Below are positions 1-11,643 of a DNA stretch of 64,000 nucleotides, one piece after another. Position numbers and translations under genes: made by a program. The DNA is taken from assembly GCA_040954595.2 (NCBI GenBank), contig CM082597.2, positions 762,859 through 826,858 on the forward strand, read 5' to 3'. The notes under the pieces are model-generated. The model saw nothing but the letters and a program-made list of their open reading frames with translations. It had not been told where the DNA came from and did not search any database. The stretch is from Balanoglossus misakiensis (Eukaryota; Animalia; Hemichordata). Numbering within the stretch: the stretch's first letter is position 1; each line of letters starts with the position of its first letter.

Positions 1-242
1 TGAATCTTGTATTATTTTGTTGGTTTTAAATACAATGTAGTAATAAAATTTAAGATGTTTATTCCTGTGAGTACCAGTATGTTTTTAATACATACAGACT
101 GATGTCCACTACTGTAAGGTGGCTTGCATAAAATATGTTGTGGCTGCATGCGCTATATTAGAAGCAATTATATTGCAGGTCTAAAACTCGGAAATTTTGC
201 TCCCTTTAAAAACCTTCCTATACACACACGTAAGCTTATAAA

Positions 243-3200
243 TCATTGTAATCTGTCTGTGGTCACATTTTGTATCTTGCATTTACTAAACGTGCCATCC
301 AGTATGGCCCTGATTATATTTACTGTAGCGTAAGCCTTCCATGCTCTCGTTGCCAGAACCGAGTGCAGATGACAGATGTCGTTGTCAACACTCAACCCCG
401 ATAAATCGAAACCATCGTTGTGAACAAGCTCGACTCCGAGTTCGCTCAGCACAATACCGATGTGGATATCGGAAAATTTGAAAAGCTCTCCTTGTTGTGA
501 CTTCTCGACCACCTTGCCAACAACGTCCATTGACATAATGCAAAATGATCGACTGCAGTGTGGCGGAAAGTAGGTTTTGGTCCACTCTGTCTCCGAGACA
601 TAATTCACACTTTCTCGATATCTGATTGGTTTTTCGCCTGTTAAGACGTTTCCAGTGACGAAACCAGTGGTTGGGGACGTCATAAGGTGCGATACAACGT
701 TTTCTGTGTTCACAAACACGTCATGTTCAATTTTCATCAAATATTTGGCAGATCTGCAGTGTTTGACAACCCACTCAAAAGACTGAACGAGAATTTTAGT
801 ATCATCCGTGTCTTCATGAACAGCAGACAGCATGACGTCACGGTGAAGTTCATCTTCATGCAGAAGAACTCGATGGTAACTATCTCTCGGATGGTCGCTA
901 ACCACAAACTGCACTAAAATTCGTTGACCAAGAACTATTTCCTTGTCGGCCCAAATAAGGCGAGAGTGTCGCCTGTTTACGTAATGGTCGGCTTTGGTTA
1001 TAACAAGGATCACAAGAAAGACTGGACTTGCATTTGCGTCGTAGTATTCACATTGAGGATGGCTTGTCCAAAAATTATCGTCTGCAACGATGTCATCCCT
1101 CCCAATGACGGCAAATCTATCGCCTCCCTCTGGAAGGCCGATGAATCTGGGCTGAACTTTATCCAGATAATGATCATCGCACGTTTCCCTACTGATATCA
1201 CTCTGCAGTAAATTCCACAAATCTCTCTGCATTTGTGCCGTACATTTGTGAGATGCAATTGCAGCGTGTATGTTACACGGGCTACGATAAATTCCGTTCA
1301 GGTCGTAATGAATATGGGGGTATGGGGCTATGATTAATTTTTCCAACAGATCCCCGATGAGCACATCCTCCCATTTGAAAATTCTCTCTGATTTTGACAG
1401 CTCATAGGCTCGTTTTACCACATCTATGGACATAACGTAAGAGGGTCCTGATATGTAAGGTGGATAGAGGTTATCTGGCCAGATATATCTTGGGGTGTAC
1501 CATTTATGAGTTTCTGTACGCAACGGTCCAGTGCCGATCATCACTCCACCCAAATACAGGTCATGGCGAGGCGCATGTGTCAAAAACTCCGCCAAATTTC
1601 TAGAGTTCAAAAATAAGTCATCGTCAACTTTTACAAAGTACCTCGCACGGCTGCATCGATGAGTCACCCACTGCAGCATGGCCAAAGTTTTGAGCACAAG
1701 ATTGCTGTATGATTCGTGAAAGTTATACTGAACCATGTCGCCATATTGGTCGTTCTCAGCCGCGAGTTTCCTTTGGATGACGCCATTCGTCGGCATACCA
1801 ACGAAGAATACGGTTTCAAATCTGTAGTCTGGAAAGGTGTGGCCATACATACCCCACGTTTCTCGTATTGCTTTTCGTACATGGAAATTAGATGGTGCGG
1901 TCATAACGCAGATGATCATGAATATGTCTCTTGCATTGTTAGTTTTGGCACATATTTGTGGATGGTCCATAATAATCGCTGGGATGCTACCGTTTGGTTT
2001 AACGTCCATTCCTATAACTCGACCTTGGTCAATTAAAACAGTATTGAAATTTACTGATATTTGTTTAAGATCCGGGGACAAGGTTCCTTCGCAGACGATA
2101 TATTCTCCCCAGTGTTCAAGATCCCGCCAAAGTTCATATGTGTTTGGCACATCTATCAGTTGTGTGGTTACCTTGTCTTTCAGGCCACAGAGCGATAATT
2201 TCCAGTTGGTTATATTGAAACCATCATGATGGACCGGGTATACACCCACGTTTTGCAAATTAATTCCAACATATATGTCATCAAATCGGAGAGTTTTTAT
2301 TCGGTGTGCTGATATGTAAACATCCCTGATGACATCATAGCTCATGACGTAACCATGTCCGTTCGGGTATGGTGGGTAAGTATCATTCGGCCAATCTTCT
2401 CGCGAGACGAACCATTTGTTGTCATTCCGGTCTCGCGAGGGTTTCGCATCGATGTGAACGTGGGCGAGCGTGTGGCGGAGTCTTGGAGCTGGGATTAGAA
2501 CAACGATGAGCTTCTTCAGGTTGACGAAGATATCGTCATCAACTTTCATAGCATACTTCGCGTTAGGGCAGTAAAGTGTTGCCCATTTAAGAATCATTAT
2601 CGTTTTCACAGTCAAATTGTGGTAACTGTCGGTCACATCAACAACTACAATATCTCCGTGTTTGTCACTTTCCTCGAGTATTTGTTGTTCTGTGTCAGGT
2701 GACATCGTTCGTCCAATAACGAACAATTGAACGATCCTGCGGCCCCAAATGTCGCTCACTTTTCCTCTGGTGTTTCGAATAACATCTCGCTGTTCTTTGT
2801 TTGGCGCATTAGAAGATGTTATCACTAACAAGAACACCTCTCGGCCAAAATTGACCGGATCTTCCTCAAACTTGCAAAGATTTGGGCGATTTAAGGTAAA
2901 CGAATCGTGAAATGTATTCACTACACCGCCAGTTTCGTCCAATTTTCCAAGAATTGAATGCCACGTGGCAGAGGAAAGGTTCTCCGATTCGCAAAGTGCG
3001 TCATCAAGAGTTTGAAGACCGAACCAATACATTTCGATTGTAACTCCATTGTGTTCAAAATTTCCCGAGACAAAGGTTTCCTGCAAATCGCACATTTTTC
3101 GACGGCTCCCATGAATATCGAAATTTTGATTGTCGATAAGAGAAACCTGTAAACGTTGCAAAATAATACCGACGTAGACGTCTTGGAAACGAAATGTCTC

Positions 3201-4109
3201 GACATCGATTGACTCTATGGCGGCACGAAGTGCAACGTCACCGGAAATGACGTATGTGGGACCTTCCATGTAGTCCGGATATGACGATTTTGACCACTGG
3301 TCGACCGACACAAACCATTGGCTGTTTGGATTTCGTTGTGGCCTCGCGCCACGCCTAACCCGACCACAAGCAAATTTTTTCATGGGCGCTTGTGATAGAT
3401 ATTGCAACAAATTGCGAGTAAGCACGATGGACCCAGAGTCTGTTCGAAGGAGATACTGCAGTTTGTTACAATGACGCAGTGTCCAGTGAAAAATTGAAAT
3501 GGTTTTTAAAGTCTCATTCTCTGGAGATTCCAGGATATTTGCTTGCACGACATCTTTGTACTTTTCGCTTTCAGCATTCACCAACTCTTGTATTGATTTG
3601 TCATTCGCGACACCAATCATAAACAACACGACAATGTTTCTGTTTACTTTGGTGGAATTTCTGATCCACGTTTCCCGCAGAGAATTCCGCAAATCGGTCT
3701 CGTACACCGACGAAACAACGAAAATAAGTAACGGCACTGATTTCAGTCCAGAGCATGTTTCATTAGAACTGATGACGAAAAAGTCTGGTTTTTGAGAAAT
3801 GTATGCGCTATAGTTACTCACAGTATATTTGGTTGCTGCCGACACAAATACTTCGCTGACATTGCGACTTTCTGACCTCTTGATCAAACGTGGGTTTTTG
3901 ACGACATACGTCACAGCTCTGTTTCCTATTGTTTCCATCACAGGTTGTTGTCGTGGATTCAGTACATCTTCACCCACTCTAGCTCTTCTTGTGATATTGG
4001 TCCATTTAAATATCATCAAAATATTAAATGTTGCAAGGGTTATCAATATCAATATGCCGTACATCCCCACACACCGCTGTGCTCGTCGAAACATTGTGCC
4101 TGGTACCAT
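243..4109 (-). CDS. Intronless beta-1,3-glycosyltransferase (GT31/B3GALT-like) with four tandem Galactosyl_T-type domains; type II membrane protein
   Basis: Open frame 243..4190; first in-frame ATG at 4109 (true start uncertain, a possible splice acceptor lies near 4170). N-terminal hydrophobic anchor GMYGILILITLATFNILMIF. Four repeats of the GT31 pattern: R..IR.TW, E...Y.D, NL..KT, C, YxxKxDDD, YPPY.xGxxY, (E/D)DxxxG. Confidence 0.93.
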   Translation of the reverse strand: MVPGTMFRRAQRCVGMYGILILITLATFNILMIFKWTNITRRARVGEDVLNPRQQPVMETIGNRAVTYVVKNPRLIKRSESRNVSEVFVSAATKYTVSNYSAYISQKPDFFVISSNETCSGLKSVPLLIFVVSSVYETDLRNSLRETWIRNSTKVNRNIVVLFMIGVANDKSIQELVNAESEKYKDVVQANILESPENETLKTISIFHWTLRHCNKLQYLLRTDSGSIVLTRNLLQYLSQAPMKKFACGRVRRGARPQRNPNSQWFVSVDQWSKSSYPDYMEGPTYVISGDVALRAAIESIDVETFRFQDVYVGIILQRLQVSLIDNQNFDIHGSRRKMCDLQETFVSGNFEHNGVTIEMYWFGLQTLDDALCESENLSSATWHSILGKLDETGGVVNTFHDSFTLNRPNLCKFEEDPVNFGREVFLLVITSSNAPNKEQRDVIRNTRGKVSDIWGRRIVQLFVIGRTMSPDTEQQILEESDKHGDIVVVDVTDSYHNLTVKTIMILKWATLYCPNAKYAMKVDDDIFVNLKKLIVVLIPAPRLRHTLAHVHIDAKPSRDRNDNKWFVSREDWPNDTYPPYPNGHGYVMSYDVIRDVYISAHRIKTLRFDDIYVGINLQNVGVYPVHHDGFNITNWKLSLCGLKDKVTTQLIDVPNTYELWRDLEHWGEYIVCEGTLSPDLKQISVNFNTVLIDQGRVIGMDVKPNGSIPAIIMDHPQICAKTNNARDIFMIICVMTAPSNFHVRKAIRETWGMYGHTFPDYRFETVFFVGMPTNGVIQRKLAAENDQYGDMVQYNFHESYSNLVLKTLAMLQWVTHRCSRARYFVKVDDDLFLNSRNLAEFLTHAPRHDLYLGGVMIGTGPLRTETHKWYTPRYIWPDNLYPPYISGPSYVMSIDVVKRAYELSKSERIFKWEDVLIGDLLEKLIIAPYPHIHYDLNGIYRSPCNIHAAIASHKCTAQMQRDLWNLLQSDISRETCDDHYLDKVQPRFIGLPEGGDRFAVIGRDDIVADDNFWTSHPQCEYYDANASPVFLVILVITKADHYVNRRHSRLIWADKEIVLGQRILVQFVVSDHPRDSYHRVLLHEDELHRDVMLSAVHEDTDDTKILVQSFEWVVKHCRSAKYLMKIEHDVFVNTENVVSHLMTSPTTGFVTGNVLTGEKPIRYRESVNYVSETEWTKTYFPPHCSRSFCIMSMDVVGKVVEKSQQGELFKFSDIHIGIVLSELGVELVHNDGFDLSGLSVDNDICHLHSVLATRAWKAYATVNIIRAILDGTFSKCKIQNVTTDRLQ

Positions 4110-5792
4110 AGTGATTAAACCTACGTCTGAGTTCACGTCCAAAGAAGTTATAATTGGCAAGGCGTCTTTCTGCAAGTAAATCGGAATCAACCATAATTGA
4201 TTCGTGTGAAGACTTTTATCACTTTAAATGACACTGCAAGTTTAATTTTCTATTTGCACAGTGTCACAGTCACCTGGGTATGCCTACATGTAATTTGTGT
4301 TTGATAGACTGTCAGCCTGTCAGTTGCTCAATTACGTACTTTGTCTAAAATTATCGACACAGGCACTCCAGGCCTGAGGTGTTTGTGCACGTACCCTCGT
4401 CTGCAGATAACTCGATAACAGGAAATATATATCATGTCACCTCATTGGAGAGTAATGTGTAATGTTTATGGGCTAGTACGAATTTCAATGCAATAAATCT
4501 AAGATAAGGAACAGTGACCGGAAAGACCACCCAATTGCAACATGCAGCAACATGTACCTAGTAGCATATTGTGGTTCACAGATCAGTCCTGTAGTGATAC
4601 TCCTTTCAAACTTTTTGCAAAAATAGAATTTCCTTCAGCGAGCTCCCCATCATATTTGATCAGTTCGTTGAATACAGTAACTATTAACTTGAATCGTGTC
4701 TGATGTGTGTAAATAATAGCTTACTATAAAAACCATTACGGGAATAGATGATAAGCAATTGCCGCAACAACCGATATGCTTAGAAATTATGTTCAGGTAT
4801 AGGCCTAAAATCGACAGCCAGCCCATCAGGACATGTTTTTTAGTACAACACTGCTGTGCTCAACTCTATGGTTGCATCAAAATCCCTAGTTCGTGCTGTT
4901 TATAAAAAAACGAGCAAAATGACACATTATTTGCTAATAACCGTGATTTGTGCCTTCGCCTTTCACCAGTTTATACACCATACATATTTTATAACTCATA
5001 AGTCAGTACTAAGGAGGCATACATAATAAATTTGTCAAATATGCGATAATATATGCCGTCCTCTGTTATTTTCAACATATTAATGTACTTGCCTTCTCAC
5101 CTGGCAGTCAACCTTCACCAACTAAATTCCTCTGGTGGGCACTCCTTTGAAACAGTGAAGACAATGTCGATACTGATGACTATTAAGCAACTTCTGGCTG
5201 TGTGTGGAATTCCCAATTAGATGCCAGAGTTCCGTCGAATATCAGGGTTCACAATGTCAAAGATTAAAGTTCATCTTAACTTCTTGTTGCATGCCGGTAA
5301 ATTAACTGATGATATACAGACACTATGTACAATAATGGAACTCCATCAGCCTGGCTGTCACGAGTAAACATTCCATACTTCCATGTTTCACATTCACCAT
5401 GAGATATTGAATTTAAGAAAGTGACTTCAACAATAAAAGATAATTTTAATGATATAATACCATGAACAGGTTATAAGAATAACAACTACATACCTTGTTT
5501 CATTTTAAGTACATTAATCAAAATGTACAGTTCAAATATTAAGCTTTCTGATAATGTTGTGAAATTTAAATTTGCACATTGATTGAATGAGATTATGGCT
5601 TCGAAAATAAGGTGCAAGTAACGTGGGTTATGCACTGAATTGAGGAACCCTGCATCAAAAGAAAAACTGTCCCATATAAATAGTTTTTGAATTTAACTTT
5701 CCACGACTTCCCGGTGGCAACTCATCACTTTTGGAAATTCTCAACTAGAGCTACAGCCTAATTTCCCATGTCATTCAAAACACAAGCATTGC

Positions 5793-5882
5793 TAACCCCT
5801 TCACCCCTAGTTCTCTCTATAGAGATCCAACTCTACCATGCACAAGGATGAATTTGGGTCAAACCACAGCGGTGAAAGGGGT
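5793..5882. mobile_element. ~90-bp MITE-like element (TIR ccc(t/c)ttcacc...ggtgaaaggg), copy 1
   Basis: Terminal inverted repeats taaccccttcacc / ggtgaaagggg. Its reverse complement aligns by eye with 15473..15565. Confidence 0.6.
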
Positions 5883-6074
5883 ATATGGCCACCATCTCTA
5901 ATGTAATTTGTGTATTAACTATATCTTGTTCTCCTCTCTAATGAGCCCAACACTCCAAGTTTCTTGCTTATCACACAAGCTGTTCTCTGTGACGTATCTC
6001 TGCTAAAAACTGAGGTTTGACAAGAGATGGGACAGTGAAGAGATCTCTTCGAACACTGAACACCCAATGTCCAA

Positions 6075-9000
6075 TTATTGTGTTGCAGTGACAACATGGA
6101 GTTCCTGGTCAATAACAGGTCCCTGTTGGTTGACAAGATATTTGGTCATGTCCACACCAAGATCTTCCAGTTTCTTCAAGAATTCCGCTGAATGGACATT
6201 ACGTGCTATGGTGTTTTCTACAAAAAGGGGAACATCACTCATTATTTATCATGTATTGAGTGACCTAAACCTTATACAAGGAATTATATCATCATCATCA
6301 TCATCATCATCAATCTTTACACAAGGCAACAATGGATACAACTAAGACTTCTTACCTAGTGCAACCTTTTTCTGCATTTCTTCAACTTTCAATCTTTCAA
6401 CATGTTTCATTTCAGCAAGATTCAACTCAAAATCTTTCTTCATCAGTTCCAGTTTTTGTTTGTGTTCATGAATACGTGTCTCTCGTTCTTTCTCTAAATA
6501 CAACAGAAATTGACAAGTGTCGGAAAATAGGTATTAGTCATCTGCATGAAAAAAAATCCAAACCCGTTTTCCACTTGGTAAGATGAGGAACATAGAATTA
6601 TTACATACTTTCATTGGAACGAGCCTGCTCTTTTTTCAGTTTGTAGTCTGCTATCTTCTGTTCCATCTCTTTGACTTCTGTGTTTAGTTTCAGTTCAGTT
6701 CGACTTTTGATGGCATCATCTTGCATTCCCTGAAATGTCAAAACTTTCAGTTGTAAGTGAAATAACACATAAAGGGCATGAACTTATAATACAGTACAGG
6801 TACATATGTTGTTATATGTACATATTGTTTTGAATGCATGTGTCATCATCTGGATTGGACTGTGGATTGCAACATGTGTGTGCATTGTGATTGGCTCACC
6901 TGCAGATGGTTCCCTGCATGATAACCCCTGTACACCACTTTATTGACAGTGTAGCCAATTCGTGCTGCGCGCTGCATCAGTTGAGGGTAGGAATTCTGCG
7001 AGTTTAGTTTACTGGCTTGTTGCTGAAACTCTTCATAGCTGTCAACAGACAATATGTTTGGTATGATGTGTAAGAGTTAACTCAGAATGAGATGATATGT
7101 CATTTAGTGTTTAACAATGTTTATATTTAATTCTCAGTGAAGGACCTGACTAACAATGTTACTACATATTTGCAGAACCTCTTGCAGAATTATCTTAACC
7201 AGAAGTCTGTTTAAATAAACAAAGTTTGCAAATATGAAACTAAAGGTACTTCCTTGCTACATGTATGTTTAACAGCGTCCTCTGGCGGCAGACCTAACCA
7301 ATTCTAGAACAACAACATTTTTAAATTGTCGACCAGAACCATGTACTTTTTTTAATGATATGAGAAAGAGTAGAAATCTCACCTCAATTTTGTGGCGAAA
7401 GCAACAACATCAGCACACACTGCACTAAAATAAAAATGAAACATTCAAACAAGTTGTTAAAATCAAAATATCTTAACATGTCAGAAATTAGTTCTTGATC
7501 TTTATCTTTACAGCCATGTGACTTTAACTCATATTGACAATGAATATCCATTATGCAAATCATGATTACTCACTTGATGAAATCTGCAATGGGGTCATGG
7601 GTCAACTCAAGCTGCAAGAAACAGAAATTAATTTTATTTAAACTATATGTTCATGTAAAATAGATTGTATTTTAGTATGATACTAACTAAACTTAATGGG
7701 CTGGTCTTTCCATCTATAGGTAGGGGTTCCAGGGACATGGTTGTACTCTTGTCAATTAGTGGAAACAATGCTGATGTTATGTAGTTCACATGACACCCAC
7801 ACTTAAAAACAACTTACCATTTTCTCAATATCATTAAGTTCATAGAATATCATTAATTTGACCACAATTTGTGTGTCGTCAGATGTACGGACTTCACGAA
7901 CCTGTGTGAGTAAACAGACACCAAAAACACATTAATATTTTTGTTGGAATGCAAAACAGTACCTGGAAATTTTAACACTATACAGGTCTACAAATATTTC
8001 TAGCCCTGGATCTTGTAAATTAGTTTCAGATCAATGAACCCTGACCTTTTCAATATAACTAAAAGTGCTGCCATGGAACTACACAAACAATAAATAATTC
8101 ATGCTTTCATCATGCAAGAAACAATTGCCCTTTTGCTTCATCTAATCATTTAGAATCCCTGCACTTATTTTTTATTGGACACCAATGTTCCATGGTATTG
8201 TTAAATATCAGCAAATTGAAAACTAGACATGTACACACATGTACTTGTTAAAATTAAACACTTCTGAAGTACAAGGATTATTTCTGGCTGACCATCTCAA
8301 ATAGTTAGAGCAATAGACAATTACCTAATAGGTTAGGAACACATTTGAATGAGCGGTCTTGTTTTATTTAGCAATTTTAAGAGGCTTTGCACGCATTGTT
8401 GACTATTGTGAACAACAACCAATCAATTTAATTGTAAGGATAGTTCCCTTGAGAACACAACAACAAAAGCCTAAGATTAGAATGTCAATACAATGGGGTG
8501 AATGCCCTTTTGTAAGCAGTTCGCCAATTAATTTGGGTTAAGTTTTTTTTCATTACCAAGAATTAATTTAGCGGTAGGGAGAACATGTTTACTATACCAT
8601 GCTTGCATGGGTCTGGCAAATTCGACGATATTAGTCAAACCCATTTACTTTTCATCAACAACCACAGATACATTTTACAATGGGAATATTACTTCTCTAC
8701 AACTGTATAAATTGCATGACTTAGTCAAACCTCAAAATATTATCAAGATTTTACAAAATGCAGAAATGTAAATATTAAAACACATTTAACATTCTGTAAC
8801 CTACTTTAATGTTATAATATTGACTAAAACACTGTATGAGTCATGCAAACACTATTTACATAGTGGTTGTGTAATTTTAAAAGAACTGTCTGAAATTATA
8901 CATGTAATACAAATCAGTTTACTTTGCTTGGTAGCAGAATAAAATGTCTGCATGGTAGTTTTGACGAGAATATTGCAATATAAAGATGTTTGAATTGAAC

Positions 9001-10687
9001 TTGGAGTGATATTGGCCACCCACACAAGGCTGTGGTAATTAATGCAATGATGTGTTGTAACATGCAAGTACCTTGATGCAATATGTCAATGGACAGGTCA
9101 CATGACACGCATTGACGGAAATGTTTGCTCACCAAACAAAACCCTGTATCCAAGACATTACAATTAGGAAACACAGTCAACCCTGGCACTGAAATGACTT
9201 GGCATTTTTCTGTCTACAATTGATTTTAAAAGGACAAGCCAAAATTGGCAGCTACAAAAATTATATCACAGGTAAGTGTATTTGGAAATCTTTCTTCTTT
9301 GGTGACTCTTGGATAATTGATGAAAATTTGTAATTCATCAAGTTACTCTTGATGAATTATTATCACATGATGTTGAGATAACAAAACTGCAGGCATACTT
9401 ACGTTAAAGTAGAAATGCTGTGGTACAATGTTTAGTTTTGTAAACAGGTTTTGTTCTGGGATCATGACAGTCTTGTTCACTTTCATGTCAGCACCGTGCC
9501 ATTTGAATTCATGTAACCTAATATCAAGCAATCAAAAAAATAAAATGTTAATAAAAATTCTTATTTGGATTTTTTAGTCGTGATCACAGCTAAGTATTAT
9601 TTAGGACACCTAAAAAACATGCAACATAAGTATTTAAAAATCTACAAACTAATTTTTTCCACATCAACCTACTCTATTTTGAAAAGCAGGTTATCAGAAC
9701 CATTTTTTTCTTTGCCTTACCATTCATCGGCAGTTGGTATAAAAACTGCTGGACCATAAACTATCCTCCTTTCAACACACGTTTGCTCTTTCTCAGACGA
9801 TGACTTGTAAACAACAAGGGCCTGGTTAGCATTCAGTTTGGTGCCTTTCATGGATGTGATGTATTCATGTTCTAGCGGGTTGACAAACATGGAGATTGGC
9901 CCCGCGCGATGCTCCACTCGACCATCTTGCCATTTGATCTCCAGATACTCTTGAGGAGTTGCCGTGTAGTGGCGTAACACTTCAAGACTCTCTCGGAAAA
10001 GAAACACCTGCGTCACAAAAGAAAAAAAACAACAGTAGGGAATGTCGTTCAATTTAAAATGTTAATTTAATGAAAGGAAATTGGACAATGACATGACCAT
10101 TTTGTGAAACGCCGGCAAAATGTGTTTGTTTCAGTGTAAAATCAAACATCGATGCAAATGACCGATTTCTGCACAAGTATAATAGAACGTTCATTTTCGA
10201 TATAGTTGCCTAACCCCTTTTTCGATATAGTTGCCTATTTATTTATTTACTTATTTATTAATGGACAGAAAAATATCCCCAACAAATTTTCTCTCGTTCC
10301 GCGTGGCACTGTCAAGTTGAGCTTAAAGTTGAACTATGGTGACGTCACAGTTCAACCCGTTATTATGTAAACACGTGGGCGGGGCACTGTGCAAGCGAGT
10401 GACACACCAGTAAAAAAATAGTTAAAACATGGGTTAACATTTCATGCAATATAGCAAAACAATAGCCAAAATCGAATTGTCAGATAAGTCGCTAGAATTT
10501 GTTCATTTCACGGCCGCCGTGCTACGGTGTTCACGAAACCAACAGCGTCACCATGGGAACGTCTGACTGCAGTGTAAACATGGTCATGTGCGTTGCTTAC
10601 CCGTTGCGGTCCAACGACAATTCGGCCTTCACCGAGGTGATTTCGAATCAAAACTTGAGTTCCCTCGCGCACTGTCTTAAATTTCAT
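6075..10687 (-). CDS. MVP-like/SPFH (Band 7) domain protein, 397 aa, 10 exons: about 3 vault-like repeats, SPFH/shoulder-like domain, coiled coil
   Basis: Exons (minus strand): 10687-10601, 10007-9721, 9517-9403, 7901-7818, 7611-7574, 7424-7383, 7038-6900, 6729-6609, 6493-6356, 6217-6075. All introns are GT-AG, phases match, 1194 nt, ending in TAA. Motifs: RIVVGP, EHRAGP, RRIVYGPAVFIP, VREVRTSDD, THDPIADFINA, IGYTVNKVVYRGY, an E/K-rich helix, FLKKLEDLGVDMTKYLV. The gene structure is well supported; the family label comes from motif recognition. Confidence 0.85.
6288..6312. repeat. (ATC)n microsatellite in the last intron of the MVP-like gene
   Basis: About 8 perfect ATC units read directly. 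Confidence 0.9.
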
Positions 10688-11256
10688 CGTCAGATTGTTC
10701 AACTTCTTCGACGTAGAAATTCAGATGCACCCGGAAATGTCGAAAATTGCGGTGAATGCGTCGACCCGATCAAGACGAAGCACTATGTTTATACAAGGCT
10801 GTCACTGTGTCAGTGGCGGTGAAGTAGTCGATCGGGCATTAATTTTCTCTGACTAACGACAGTTTTCGAGGGAAGAAGATGGCGTGATGCTAGAAATAGT
10901 ACATTATTCACCATTTAGCCACGTCAGTGTGCTGATTCAGCAAAGCTGCCATTGGCACATGAACGCAACTCTTACTCACGCACTTCCGGGACCACGCCCA
11001 AGGACTATATATACAGCGCCATCTAGAAATGAACTACGCTATCCTAGCTAATGTATGTGGTACCAAAATATCAGATAAAATATATAAATTTAATTAGCAC
11101 CATAAGAAACATTTTATCTTTAATAAAAATAAATTATAATGTATCACCATCCATTGTATTTTGAGTGCAATTGTTTTAAATATTTGTGCATAACATAACC
11201 TGCTGTTATTCTTGGTACATGTATATCCTTATATGGTACCACTATAGGCTCATATC

Positions 11257-11336
<80 letters not shown>

Positions 11337-11643
11337 GCATATCAAATGTATGTACATAAAGAATGTGTGTGGGAGGTCGCGTGTCCTCGACCGGTTGAGT
11401 GGAGGTCAAAAACCTCAGAGCAAATATAGAGCAAATATATTGTTTGTTTGACTTCGGGTCAAGACCGCGTCTGCATGCTAAGCTTTTAACAGCGTGTAAA
11501 CTGGCTTGTTTTGTATAACGCCAGGCTTGACACCCCCGTTGTGAGACTCGTCAGTTAGAGTCCTTCGTGTACTAGGTCAGTGTCGGAAGATCTCGGATAA
11601 AACCCGTGTGAGCGCGTGTGACGGCAATGATACCAGCGTCAAA
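10688..11643. promoter_or_regulatory. Putative shared (divergent) promoter region between the MVP-like gene and the RING gene
   Basis: The two start codons are <1 kb apart, head to head. Contains YY1-like AAGATGGCG (10876-10884), inverted CCAAT (10951), ETS ACTTCCGG (10982-10989), KLF/SP-like CCACGCCC (10992) and a TATATATA run (~11006). TSSs not determined. Confidence 0.4.
11260..11333. repeat. (GA)n microsatellite, ~37 units
   Basis: Perfect GA dinucleotide run read directly. Confidence 0.97.

Noticed and set aside
4024-4194. Out-of-frame upstream ATG (4194) overlapping the glycosyltransferase start, as a regulatory uORF
   Set aside because: It may be intronic (acceptor-like ttacttgcag near 4170) and the transcript 5' end is unknown.
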